Of a DNA stretch of 26,341 nucleotides, positions 9,405 through 18,505 are shown piece by piece. Each line of letters opens with the position of its first letter. Position 1 is the stretch's first letter. The translations under genes and the position numbers were made by a program. Under the pieces are notes generated by a model. That model saw nothing but the letters and a program-made list of their open reading frames with translations. It was not told the DNA's origin and did not search any database. Source of the DNA: Promethearchaeota archaeon (GTDB lineage: Archaea > Asgardarchaeota > Lokiarchaeia > Sigyniarchaeales > SOKP01); assembly GCA_016840085.1 (NCBI GenBank), contig JAEOTA010000024.1:1-26341 (forward strand), in the 5' to 3' direction.

Positions 9405-10286
9405 TTATATTTCTATTTTGTCAAGAACACCACTAAAAACCTTATTTACAGATCCTTCCATAAGAACCGTTCTTCCTGAATATGTAATTTTTAGATCCCC
9501 ACCATCATTATGAACAGTTATCGGAGTATTTTTTTTAAATACTCCTAAGATTGAACCTGCGATTACAGAGGCACAAGCACCCGTACCACAAGATTTAGTA
9601 ATCCCAACTCCTCTTTCAAATACTCTTACTGTACTTTCTTCATCTGATATAACTTTAACAAATCCAACATTTGTTTTGTTAGGAAATCGCTCGTGAGATT
9701 CTAACGCAGCACCATACATATTTAACTTATTATCATTTAGTTGCTGGTCGACAAAAATAACAGCATGCGGATTTCCCATAGAAACCGCTGTAAAATTAAA
9801 TATTTTATCTAAAATAACAATTGGTTCGTTTATGCATTTATTGGAAAGACTATCTGAAACAACTGGTATTTCCTCACAATTTAATATAGGGGGCCCCATA
9901 TCAATTTCAACACTTGAAACTTTATCTTCAATAATCCTATTTTTTGAAACCATAATGCCTTTCAGTGTTTCGATTTTGATTTCTTCTTTCTTGATAATAT
10001 TTTTCTCATAAACATATTTAGAAAAGCATCTTATCCCATTTCCACATATTTCTGCTTCTGTTCCGTCATTATTAAAGATCCTCATCTTGACATCGGCATC
10101 TTTGGATTCACATAGAAATATTAAACCATCCGCTCCAATCGAGAAATGAAATTCACACAGTTTATTTGCTAAATCTGATTTCTTTTCCTCAGGAATTTTC
10201 CATTTAAGATTATCAATTATGATATAATCATTGCCTAAACCATGATATTTTTCAAATTCCAAATTTTCTAAGATAAATTTATCCAT
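9405..10286 (-). CDS. dapF: diaminopimelate epimerase
   Basis: KYHGLGNDY, IGADGL, EICGNGIRC, SMGNPHAV, ERGVG.T.SCGTGA (both catalytic Cys present). Confidence 0.95.
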   Translation of the reverse strand: MDKFILENLEFEKYHGLGNDYIIIDNLKWKIPEEKKSDLANKLCEFHFSIGADGLIFLCESKDADVKMRIFNNDGTEAEICGNGIRCFSKYVYEKNIIKKEEIKIETLKGIMVSKNRIIEDKVSSVEIDMGPPILNCEEIPVVSDSLSNKCINEPIVILDKIFNFTAVSMGNPHAVIFVDQQLNDNKLNMYGAALESHERFPNKTNVGFVKVISDEESTVRVFERGVGITKSCGTGACASVIAGSILGVFKKNTPITVHNDGGDLKITYSGRTVLMEGSVNKVFSGVLDKIEI

Positions 10287-10507
10287 TGTTGAATCAACTA
10301 AATCTCTTAACGTATAATTTTAATATCCATTAATAATTCAAAAAATCATTGATCCTTATATAGAAAAATTTAGGTTGAAGATAAAATTAAAGGTGATTAT
10401 TCTAAAGGTAGTAAATTCATCATTTTATTACCCAAACTTAAAAATGAAAACTTTTAAAATGTTATCTATAATATCTATTTTAAAATAATTCTACTATTTA
10501 TAGATTA

Positions 10508-11026
10508 ATGAATCGTAAAAAGATACTTTTATCTTGCATATTCTTTTTTCTTTTATTTCCAATTATTAATAGTGTTGCATTCACGCATGTTGACTATATT
10601 AAAGATGGAAATTATGTCTTCTTTTTATTTGATTTAAATGCTAGCGAAAATATTGAATTCACTGTAACTCATGAAGACAGCGGAAATTTTACTCTCTTCC
10701 TCTTTAATAGACGCCCCATTGAATCATTTGTGAAAAGTGATAAAACCGTGAATGAAAAGATTTTTAATCGTCCTGCTACAGTAGCTTATAGTTTAGATGA
10801 TAACCCTTATATAAATTATACTGCTCCACAGGAAAAAGTATATTATATTGAAATTATTTTAATTGATGGCGGTCCAGACACTTTTACTTTAACTTGCGAG
10901 AAAGATTTAACAAGATATTACCTTCCTATTATTCCTGGATTTCAAATAGAATTCATAATACTTGCTCTTATTTTCTCAATAGGATTGATTGGATTAGTGC
11001 TGTATAAAAAGAGAAGGATTAAATAA
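10508..11026 (+). CDS. secreted/surface protein with signal peptide and C-terminal IPGF-TM-basic sorting signal (PEF/PGF-CTERM-like, Loki-CTERM-like)
   Basis: N-terminal MNRKK plus a hydrophobic stretch. C-terminus IPGF-QIEFIILALIFSIGLIGLVLY-KKRRIK. Confidence 0.75.
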   Translation: MNRKKILLSCIFFFLLFPIINSVAFTHVDYIKDGNYVFFLFDLNASENIEFTVTHEDSGNFTLFLFNRRPIESFVKSDKTVNEKIFNRPATVAYSLDDNPYINYTAPQEKVYYIEIILIDGGPDTFTLTCEKDLTRYYLPIIPGFQIEFIILALIFSIGLIGLVLYKKRRIK

Positions 11027-11146
11027 AATAAATCTTTTAAGAGATACTAGTAGTTCTTTTAATATATCATTAATTTTAAGATGGAAATAGATTCTATAGA
11101 ATCTAATCAAAACATAAAAAATAATAAATTCAAAAGGGTAATATGA

Positions 11147-12820
11147 GTGTATGAAAATAAGCCTTGGCTAAAATTTTATGATAAGCATGTTCCTGAGCAT
11201 ATTCATTATTCCCGAACAACAATGTATAATGCAGTAGTTCAAACATCCAAAGAATTTCCCGATTCAATTGCATATGATTTTATGGGACAAGAATCAACAT
11301 ACAAGCAACTAATTGAACAAATTGACCAGTGTGCTAGAGCGTTAAAAAGTTTGGGACTTTCAAAGGGAGATACAATGACTATAGCCATGCCTACATCTCC
11401 TCAAGGAATCATTTGTTTTTATGCAATAAATAAAATTGGAGCAATAGCAAGTATGATCCATCCATTAAGTCCTGCTAAACAAATTGAATTCTTCTTAAAT
11501 TTGAGTAATAGTACTTTTGCTCTTACAATTGACAGCGTATATCCAAATTTCAACCAAATTATCGAAAATACTAACTTAGAAGGATTAATCTTGACTCAGC
11601 TAGTTAAAGATGTTCTTGAAGTGCCTGAAGACCCAAAAGTTTTCTGGTGGAAAGATATTATGGGTAAATCATATCCTGAGATTCCTGAAATAGATATGAA
11701 ACCTGATGAAATGGCAGTTATTTTGTATTCAGGAGGAACTACTGGTGTTCCAAAAGGAATTATGCTATCAAATTATAATTTCATTGCTGAAGGAACTCAG
11801 GTTGCCACTTGGATGGATTTATCAGATAAGGATTCAGCATTAGCGATATTACCTATTTTTCATGGATTTGGATTAGGAGTTTGTGTCAATGCAATATTTA
11901 TGGGAGGTGGAAAGAGTATTTTAGTTCCCTCATTTACCCCAGATCAAGTAGCAGATTTGATTCAAGCTAAAAAACCAACTTTAATTTTTGGAGTTCCTAC
12001 TTTATACGAAGCATTAAATCGAAATTCAAAATTTCAAAAAACAGATTTGAGTTTTTTAAAAGCTGCATTTTGTGGTGCAGATACATTACCACGCCCTACA
12101 AAAGAAAAATTTGAAGAAATCTGTAGAAATAATGGATCAGATGTTCAACTGCGTGAAGGGTATGGGTTAACTGAAGCAGTTACTGGTATTTGCGCAATGC
12201 CGTTAGGAGAATATAGGGAAGGAAGTATTGGAATTCCATTTCCTGATATGATAATGAAAATAGTGGAAATTGATTCCATAAAAGAAGCTCCGATTGGTCA
12301 AGAAGGTGAATTATGTGTTCATGGTCCCGCTGTCATGTTAGGGTACTTAGATAAACCGGAAGAGACAGCAAAAACTTTAAAAAAACATAAAGATGGAAAA
12401 ATCTGGCTTCATACAGGAGATGTTGCTTCAATAGATGAAGATGGATTTTTTTATTTTAAAATAAGACTAAAAAGAATGATAAAATCCTCTGGCTATAATG
12501 TTTATCCCGCACAAGTCGAAGATGTCATTTATAAACACTCAGATGTTCTTGAAGCTTGCGTTATTGGTATGCCCGATGAAACACAAGTACAAAGAGTAAA
12601 AGCATTTGTAGTTTTAAAGGATCCAAATAAGGAAAGCTCAGAAATCGAAAGAGAATTAATTTCTTTCTGTCAAGAAAATTTGATTAAATGGAGTTGTCCT
12701 CGTGAAATTGAGTTTTGTAAACAATTACCAAAAACTCTAGTTGGAAAAATTGATTTTAAAAAGTTAGAAGAACAAGAAATAGCGAAATTAAAAAGTGTTG
12801 GCAAATATTCTGGTGAATAA
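11147..12820 (+). CDS. long-chain fatty acid--CoA ligase (AMP-binding enzyme)
   Basis: YSGGTTGVPKG, EGYGLTE, WLHTGD, RLKRMIKSSG, LPKTLVGK. GTG start. Confidence 0.93.
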   Translation: MYENKPWLKFYDKHVPEHIHYSRTTMYNAVVQTSKEFPDSIAYDFMGQESTYKQLIEQIDQCARALKSLGLSKGDTMTIAMPTSPQGIICFYAINKIGAIASMIHPLSPAKQIEFFLNLSNSTFALTIDSVYPNFNQIIENTNLEGLILTQLVKDVLEVPEDPKVFWWKDIMGKSYPEIPEIDMKPDEMAVILYSGGTTGVPKGIMLSNYNFIAEGTQVATWMDLSDKDSALAILPIFHGFGLGVCVNAIFMGGGKSILVPSFTPDQVADLIQAKKPTLIFGVPTLYEALNRNSKFQKTDLSFLKAAFCGADTLPRPTKEKFEEICRNNGSDVQLREGYGLTEAVTGICAMPLGEYREGSIGIPFPDMIMKIVEIDSIKEAPIGQEGELCVHGPAVMLGYLDKPEETAKTLKKHKDGKIWLHTGDVASIDEDGFFYFKIRLKRMIKSSGYNVYPAQVEDVIYKHSDVLEACVIGMPDETQVQRVKAFVVLKDPNKESSEIERELISFCQENLIKWSCPREIEFCKQLPKTLVGKIDFKKLEEQEIAKLKSVGKYSGE

Positions 12821-13034
12821 TTCAAGTACTGATCGTATCTAATTCTTTGATTAATCATATTTTTTACAAAATTATATACGAAATTCGACATGCTCTCCTT
12901 TTAAATAATTATAGTTTTCAATAAACAAATTTTATATTTTTTATAATGTTTTTTTCAATATCAATAAAAATTAAAACATACTGAGTGATGTAAAAATTTC
13001 CTTCGATGAATTAAGTAAAAAATTAGCAGATTTT

Positions 13035-14189
13035 ATGAAAGATACTGAAGAAATTGAGCTTCAAGATGTGGAATTATTTGCAGAATATCTTGAATTTCAA
13101 ATGCTACCAGGTATCGTTCAAACTGCAGCTCAAGCTCTTCTCCCTGGGGTTCCTGGTAAAGCCGAATGGACTCCTGCTAAATTTTCACTCGATTTGGAAT
13201 ATCCTGGGAAAATTGAAACTGTTGAATTTGTACGATCAAACGGAAAAAGAGCTGTTATTGGCGGAGAGATGGTCCCTCCATTTTACAACTTCTTAGATCT
13301 TGAAAAGAGAAATCCTCACCCCCCACTTGTAACTTATGATGTCTTCGATATGGGCTCCGAAATGATATTACCAAAACCTATTAAAGTGGAATATAAAGAG
13401 GTTCTAGCTGATCCACCTGAATGGGCAAAATTTGCTGTTGATAAGTTTGGGGCAGAATGCGTAACATTTCATAGTTTAGGCATCGATCCAGGAACATTAG
13501 ACTGGCCGATTTCGAAATCTAGGAAAATTTTTGAAGACATTCTTCAAGCCGTTGATGTTCCTGTCATTATTGGGTGCTCAGGAAATAAAAAGAAAGATGT
13601 TGAAATGTTCACAGAATTGGCTGCCATCTCAGAGAGCGAAGTTCTAATGCTTTCAGCAGCAGATAAAGCTACTTGGGAAGAAGTTATACCACTGGCAGTT
13701 AAATATGATCATAATTGCTTACTCTGGACAAGCTTAGATTTAAATAACCAAATTAAAATGAATAAAGATGCTCTTGAATTGGGATTACCTAGCAATAGAA
13801 TAGTCATGGACCCAACATGTGCTACGCTTGGTTATGGTTTCGAGTATAGTTTCAGTATATATCAACGCATGCGTGTTGCGGGATTATTAGGTGAAACAGA
13901 TTTGGCATATCCTATTAGTGGAGGTACCACTAATGCGTGGGGGGCACGAGAAGCATGGATGAGTGAAAAAATTGCTCCTGAATGGGGATTACGGCAATAT
14001 AGAGGGCCTATATGGGAAATCGTCAATGCACTTTGTTTATGCATAGTCGGTTTAGATCTTGCCATGATGTTTCATCCAGTAGCCGCTCGCGCTGTAAAAA
14101 ACATAATCTCTGAATTTTTCTCTGAGGTTCCAAAAGTTTTAGAAGAAAAAGGTTATACCGACTGGGTTAATGCTAATTTAAAGCGATAG
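13035..14189 (+). CDS. cdhD: acetyl-CoA decarbonylase/synthase complex delta subunit (corrinoid Fe-S protein small subunit)
   Basis: YPGKI..V, IGGE, DVFD, P.EWAK..V..FGA, IVMDPT...LGYG.EYS, NAWGAREAW. The start may be CTG at 12981 (see findings). Confidence 0.92.
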   Translation: MKDTEEIELQDVELFAEYLEFQMLPGIVQTAAQALLPGVPGKAEWTPAKFSLDLEYPGKIETVEFVRSNGKRAVIGGEMVPPFYNFLDLEKRNPHPPLVTYDVFDMGSEMILPKPIKVEYKEVLADPPEWAKFAVDKFGAECVTFHSLGIDPGTLDWPISKSRKIFEDILQAVDVPVIIGCSGNKKKDVEMFTELAAISESEVLMLSAADKATWEEVIPLAVKYDHNCLLWTSLDLNNQIKMNKDALELGLPSNRIVMDPTCATLGYGFEYSFSIYQRMRVAGLLGETDLAYPISGGTTNAWGAREAWMSEKIAPEWGLRQYRGPIWEIVNALCLCIVGLDLAMMFHPVAARAVKNIISEFFSEVPKVLEEKGYTDWVNANLKR

Positions 14190-14191
14190 AA

Positions 14192-14212
14192 TTTTTTTTC
14201 TTTTTTTTTTTT
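14192..14212 (+). terminator. oligo-T terminator of cdhD
   Basis: TTTTTTTTCTTTTTTTTTTTT begins 3 nt after the cdhD stop codon. Confidence 0.65.
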
Positions 14213-14296
14213 CAAAAATTTACATTTACAGTTTTATGTTCAAATCCTTTATTAGTTAGCACTACGCATTTTAGAAAAGACGAAATTAAAAACTTT

Positions 14297-14584
14297 TTAA
14301 GTATATGAATAGAACTCGAATTTTATATTCTTCTCGTCGAGCCATTCTCTAAATTCTGTGTCAGTCTTAAACCGATCTTTTATTAAATATAATAAAACCG
14401 AAGGTACATTCCCAGCTTTTACCGTTAGCCAATATTCATGATCGAAATCTCCAAAAAAATCTTTTACTGATTGGCCACAATCATATCCTGAAAGAACTAG
14501 ATCCCCATTATCCTTTATTTCAGCAACAAGGCTATGTATTTCATTTTCCTTAGTTTTATAATCGTATATTGTAATTTTCTTCAT
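14297..14584 (-). CDS. hypothetical protein (95 aa)
   Basis: Clean ORF, GGAG SD before the ATG, globular-looking composition. Confidence 0.75.
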   Translation of the reverse strand: MKKITIYDYKTKENEIHSLVAEIKDNGDLVLSGYDCGQSVKDFFGDFDHEYWLTVKAGNVPSVLLYLIKDRFKTDTEFREWLDEKNIKFEFYSYT

Positions 14585-14805
14585 AAGATTTCTCCATTTT
14601 TAGAAGTTAACTAATATTAAACTTATTAGGGTAATAATCCTAAAGAAGTAAATATAATTTTTTAATGTGATTTTTCTAAATTGTGATTCTTATTATTCTG
14701 AATTTTTTAAAAATATCAAAGGAAAATAATAATGGTAATTTAATTGATTATTTCTACTGATCATTTTTTCTAAATAAGCGCTTTTTACATATTTCCTTCA
14801 AAAGA

Positions 14806-15054
14806 TTACCAATAATACCTTAAATATACACCAATTGTAGCGACTAGAAAGAGTAAAAAAATCGCAGCGAAGGACATTCCAAACACAGGTAGGAGCCATT
14901 CAGAATACACTCTTCCATAACAATGTGTTTGATAATCAGATTTTTTATAGCAAAGGTTGTATTCGATTATATTTATTGCTACGAATGTTACAAATACACT
15001 AGATGCAAAAATTATAATTAGCAGTATGATAATTTTCCTCGTGCTCAGAAACAT
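14806..15054 (-). CDS. small two-helix membrane protein with a Cys pair in the loop
   Basis: Two hydrophobic segments flank NLCYKKSDYQTHCYG. AAGGTGA SD 7 nt before the ATG. Confidence 0.7.
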   Translation of the reverse strand: MFLSTRKIIILLIIIFASSVFVTFVAINIIEYNLCYKKSDYQTHCYGRVYSEWLLPVFGMSFAAIFLLFLVATIGVYLRYYW

Positions 15055-15406
15055 TTTCTTTTCACCTTCTTGTTGTTTTTTTAAACTTGATCCAACTTAT
15101 TGAAATTGTTAGTAATTATAATTTATATTGCTTATTGTAAATGGAAATTAGCTTTAACGAATAAATCTTAATTTGATAAACTTGTGTTGAAGAATTTAGT
15201 TAATACATTTCTAAGAGTAATTTTTTTTAATTCTTTATTAAATGATATATAATTTTTCATAAGAAAAAAAAGGAGAGACAAGGAGTAAATCCGGCTAAAA
15301 TACCGGTTGATAAACCTCTGATAAATTAGTAATACCTCCTACTTAATTATAAAAAAAAGGTTTGGATTATATGAAAACTAATTCCTTATGAAAATTCATC
15401 AGAGTT

Positions 15407-15514
15407 TTATGCAGAATGATATTCTTTCCCATGTTTTTTTAATTCTTCTTTAGCTTCTGCTTCTGTTTGTCCTTTAAAAGTCATACCACATTTTGAACAT
15501 TCAACTTCTACCAT
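15407..15514 (-). CDS. 35-aa C2H2-type zinc-binding microprotein (DUF1059-like)
   Basis: Below the ORF-track cutoff. MVEVECSKCGMTFKGQTEAEAKEELKKHGKEYHSA: CxxC...HxxxxH, with a GAGGTGA SD 7 nt upstream. Confidence 0.85.
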   Translation of the reverse strand: MVEVECSKCGMTFKGQTEAEAKEELKKHGKEYHSA

Positions 15515-15656
15515 ACATATTTCACCTCATATTTAATATTAAATTCAATTATTTCATCACAAAAATTAGTAAATTTAAATGTGTTTCTTGAGAAATTAAT
15601 TCAATTTCACAATAAATGAAATAAATATAAGGTTGAATGAAGTTAAGATTTTTAAA

Positions 15657-15971
15657 CTATAAGCATTCCCATGAGTCCACAATTAATTGATATTCGAAGT
15701 ATTCACTATTTATTTTAGATCTTGGATTTTTACGCTTACCCTCCACTTTTATTAATTTACCTATAATTTTTATTTTTTCTTTACATAACATAGAATCCTT
15801 AGTATATACGACAATCTGATAACCATCATCTAAATCGAAATAGTTCATGAATGGATGAGAATCTATAAATGTTGTGAGATGCTGCCAAATTTCTTTAGCT
15901 AATTTTCCAATGATCTTAACATTTTCTCCAATATTTCTTTCAAAATCAGCGTATTTGGTTATTGTAACCAT
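15657..15971 (-). CDS. hypothetical protein, probable OB-fold
   Basis: GENVKIIGKL...KIKIIGKLIKV...YQLIVDSWE beta-strand pattern resembles an OB fold (inference). Confidence 0.65.
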   Translation of the reverse strand: MVTITKYADFERNIGENVKIIGKLAKEIWQHLTTFIDSHPFMNYFDLDDGYQIVVYTKDSMLCKEKIKIIGKLIKVEGKRKNPRSKINSEYFEYQLIVDSWECL

Positions 15972-16004
15972 TATAATAAAAAATTAAGTTTTTAAACTTA
16001 GAAT

Positions 16005-16901
16005 TTAAGTTAAATCTTCTTTTAATTTTATTGCTTCTTCTTTAATATCAGCGTTTTCAAACCAATTATTGATTTCACTTAAATCATCTGTTGGATATTC
16101 ATAGGAATGGTCTAAATCTGGATATATACTCTTTATTATCTCATCCTTGTAGGCATTTAAAGCTTTTCTAATAGCTTTCCCAATATTGCCAAAATATTTA
16201 ACAAATTTTGGCTTAAATTCTGTAAAAACACCAAGCATATCATAAATAATTATTATTTGACCATCACAATATTGTCCAGCTCCAATACCAATAGTTGGAA
16301 TGTCTACTGTACTTGTTACTAATTTAGCAATCTGCCATGGAATACCTTCTAAAACAATAGAAAACACTCCGGCATTTTGTAAATTTATTGCATCCATTAT
16401 TAATTTCTTTGCAGCATCTACAGTCTTTCCCTGAACTAAATGTCCTCCAAATCTATAAACTTTTTGTGGGGTCAGACCAATATGGCCCATGACTTCAATA
16501 TCCGCATCAATTATAGCTTTTATAGTTGGTAAAATTTCTGTACCACCTTCAACTTTCACAGCTTCAGCACCTCCCTCTTGAATAAATCTCCCTGCATTAT
16601 ATATAGCATCTTTCACATTTACTTTATAAGAAAGAAAGGGCATATCGCCAACCAATAATGCATTTGATACTCCGCGAGAAACAGCTTTGGTATGATGGAT
16701 CATATCATCCATCGTAGCTGCTAATGTGTTATCATTACCAAGTATTACCTGTGAAAGTGAATCCCCTACGAGAATTAAATCAAATCCACATTCATCGACA
16801 ATTTTAGCAATCGAATAGTCATAAGCCGTTATTGTTACAATTTTTTCTCCTTTTTGCTTTTTCTCTATAATTTTTTTTGTAGTCATTTTTTGTAAGGACA
16901 T
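16005..16901 (-). CDS. panB: 3-methyl-2-oxobutanoate hydroxymethyltransferase
   Basis: ITAYD, ILVGDSL, GDMPF, AVKVEGG, MGHIGLTPQ, PTIGIGAG..CDGQ. Confidence 0.96.
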   Translation of the reverse strand: MSLQKMTTKKIIEKKQKGEKIVTITAYDYSIAKIVDECGFDLILVGDSLSQVILGNDNTLAATMDDMIHHTKAVSRGVSNALLVGDMPFLSYKVNVKDAIYNAGRFIQEGGAEAVKVEGGTEILPTIKAIIDADIEVMGHIGLTPQKVYRFGGHLVQGKTVDAAKKLIMDAINLQNAGVFSIVLEGIPWQIAKLVTSTVDIPTIGIGAGQYCDGQIIIIYDMLGVFTEFKPKFVKYFGNIGKAIRKALNAYKDEIIKSIYPDLDHSYEYPTDDLSEINNWFENADIKEEAIKLKEDLT

Positions 16902-17045
16902 AAGTTAGAAAACCTAAGCTATTTGAAAAATCTTTTTTTTTGTATATTCTTTATTTTTTATACTATTTAATATCTAATTTGATTTTTATATTCATTTTGA
17001 ATTTTAAAACCTATTTAGCTCTAAAACTTCAAAATGTGATTTTAG

Positions 17046-17837
17046 ATGGATGATAAAGAAGTTGGCAAATTCTGGGATGAAATTGCAGAAAATTGGACTA
17101 AACTCGCAAGAATGGGTTTTGATTGGAGTAGAAATTTAATTAATTCTCCTGCTTTTTTTAAAATGCTTCCCGATATTTCAGATTTAAGAGGTTTGGATAT
17201 TGGTTGTGGAGAAAGTTATAATACCAGAATAGCAGCAAAAAAAGGGGCAAAAATGACAGCCATTGATATATCTAAAGTGTTTATTAAGTATGCAAATGAA
17301 ACAGAACAGCAAGAACCGTTAGGAATTGAATATAAAGTTGCTAGTGGGACAGGGCTTCCATTTCCCGATAGTGATTTTGATTTTGCGATGGCAACAATGA
17401 GTCTTATGGATATGGCTGAAAATGAAAAGGCAATAGCAGAAGCCTATAGGGTTATAAAACCGGGAGGATTCTTTCAATTTTCAATTCTTCATCCTTGTTT
17501 TGGGTCTCCTGATCATGAATGGGTTAGAAATGAAGAAGGGAAAAAGATTGGGTTTGTTGTAAAAGATTATTTTAAGAAATATAAAGGTGAACTTGAAGAG
17601 TGGATATTTGGCGCAGCTCCTAAAGAAATTACTGAAAAAATGAAAAATTTCAGAATTCCACGATTTACTCGAACTTTATCTGAATGGTTGAATTTGTTGA
17701 TTGAAAAAGGTTTCATTTTAGAGGAGTTTTGTGAGCCTTATGCTGATGATGATACTTTAAAAAAATATCCAGAGGAATATGATAGTCGAACTGTTCCATG
17801 GTTTTTGATTATCCGATGCAGAAAGCCCAATAAATAA
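17046..17837 (+). CDS. class I SAM-dependent methyltransferase
   Basis: LDIGCGE motif I, AIDIS, LPFPDSDFD, RVIKPGG. Confidence 0.92.
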   Translation: MDDKEVGKFWDEIAENWTKLARMGFDWSRNLINSPAFFKMLPDISDLRGLDIGCGESYNTRIAAKKGAKMTAIDISKVFIKYANETEQQEPLGIEYKVASGTGLPFPDSDFDFAMATMSLMDMAENEKAIAEAYRVIKPGGFFQFSILHPCFGSPDHEWVRNEEGKKIGFVVKDYFKKYKGELEEWIFGAAPKEITEKMKNFRIPRFTRTLSEWLNLLIEKGFILEEFCEPYADDDTLKKYPEEYDSRTVPWFLIIRCRKPNK

Positions 17838-17855
17838 TAATTAAATTTAGATTAT

Positions 17856-18344
17856 TTATTCATGTGAAATTTTCTTAGCGTATTCATAAATTGTTGATCC
17901 AAAAAAGTCACCTGTTTTACCTGTTTTCTTAAATCCATGCTTTTTATAGAAATTTTGAGCTCTTTTCAAAATCACTGTAGTGTCCAAGGTTAAAAATGAA
18001 CAACCTTGAGAAAATGCATCATTCTCTACTTTTTGTAATAATTCAGCAGCGGGACTATTTTTTCCTTGTTTTTTAGGATGGACCGCCATTCCACGTATAT
18101 GTCCTTCCTTCTCACTTACTTTTCCCCAACCGATTGTCCCTATTATATTTCCATTATATTCAATAGCAACAAAATTTTTCATTTCCTTCATGCGCTCTAA
18201 AGCAACCTCTTCTGACATCACAGTGTTAGCAAAACCTTCTTGAGAATATAACGCGCGAAATTCTTCAAATGCTTCTAACAAAACCTCATGTATTCCCTTA
18301 ACATCATCATTTTTCGCTTTACGAATTTTATAATCTTCTTTCAT
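17856..18344 (-). CDS. GNAT family N-acetyltransferase
   Basis: IRGMAVHPKKQGK acetyl-CoA loop, LDT, AQNFYKKHGF. Confidence 0.9.
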   Translation of the reverse strand: MKEDYKIRKAKNDDVKGIHEVLLEAFEEFRALYSQEGFANTVMSEEVALERMKEMKNFVAIEYNGNIIGTIGWGKVSEKEGHIRGMAVHPKKQGKNSPAAELLQKVENDAFSQGCSFLTLDTTVILKRAQNFYKKHGFKKTGKTGDFFGSTIYEYAKKISHE

Positions 18345-18505
18345 AAGAATTATCTATCAAATTCCTGAATAATCAAATGCTATAACCTAGATAGTTGACT
18401 TATTAAAGATAATTTCTATAAATAATTTTTGTTAAAATTAGTTCAGAAACATTAATAAATAGCTATTAAAATTAAAAAGTTGAGAATTATCTAAATAAAA
18501 TATAA

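Noticed and set aside
1995-14065. Short nested ORFs (1995, 3543, 4388, 4605, 6337, 7205, 7558, 9054, 12670, 13054, 13862)
   Set aside because: All lie within or antisense to well-supported genes and have no motifs of their own.
14238-14247. GTTCAAATCC, resembling a tRNA T-loop or att-site remnant
   Set aside because: Only 10 nt, with no T-stem or acceptor-stem continuation and no integrase nearby.
15270-15345. Resemblance to a fluoride riboswitch 3' end (TAATACCTCCTAC) on the plus strand
   Set aside because: The 5' GGNGATGGNGTTCNCC element is absent and no crcB/eriC-type gene follows.
15380-15405. CTGATGA on the minus strand (hammerhead core or C box)
   Set aside because: No GAAA after a stem II and no properly placed CTGA D box.
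17190-17220. Methyltransferase motif I reads GCGES rather than GCGEG
   Set aside because: A single substitution within tolerated variation. It is not evidence of inactivation or novelty.
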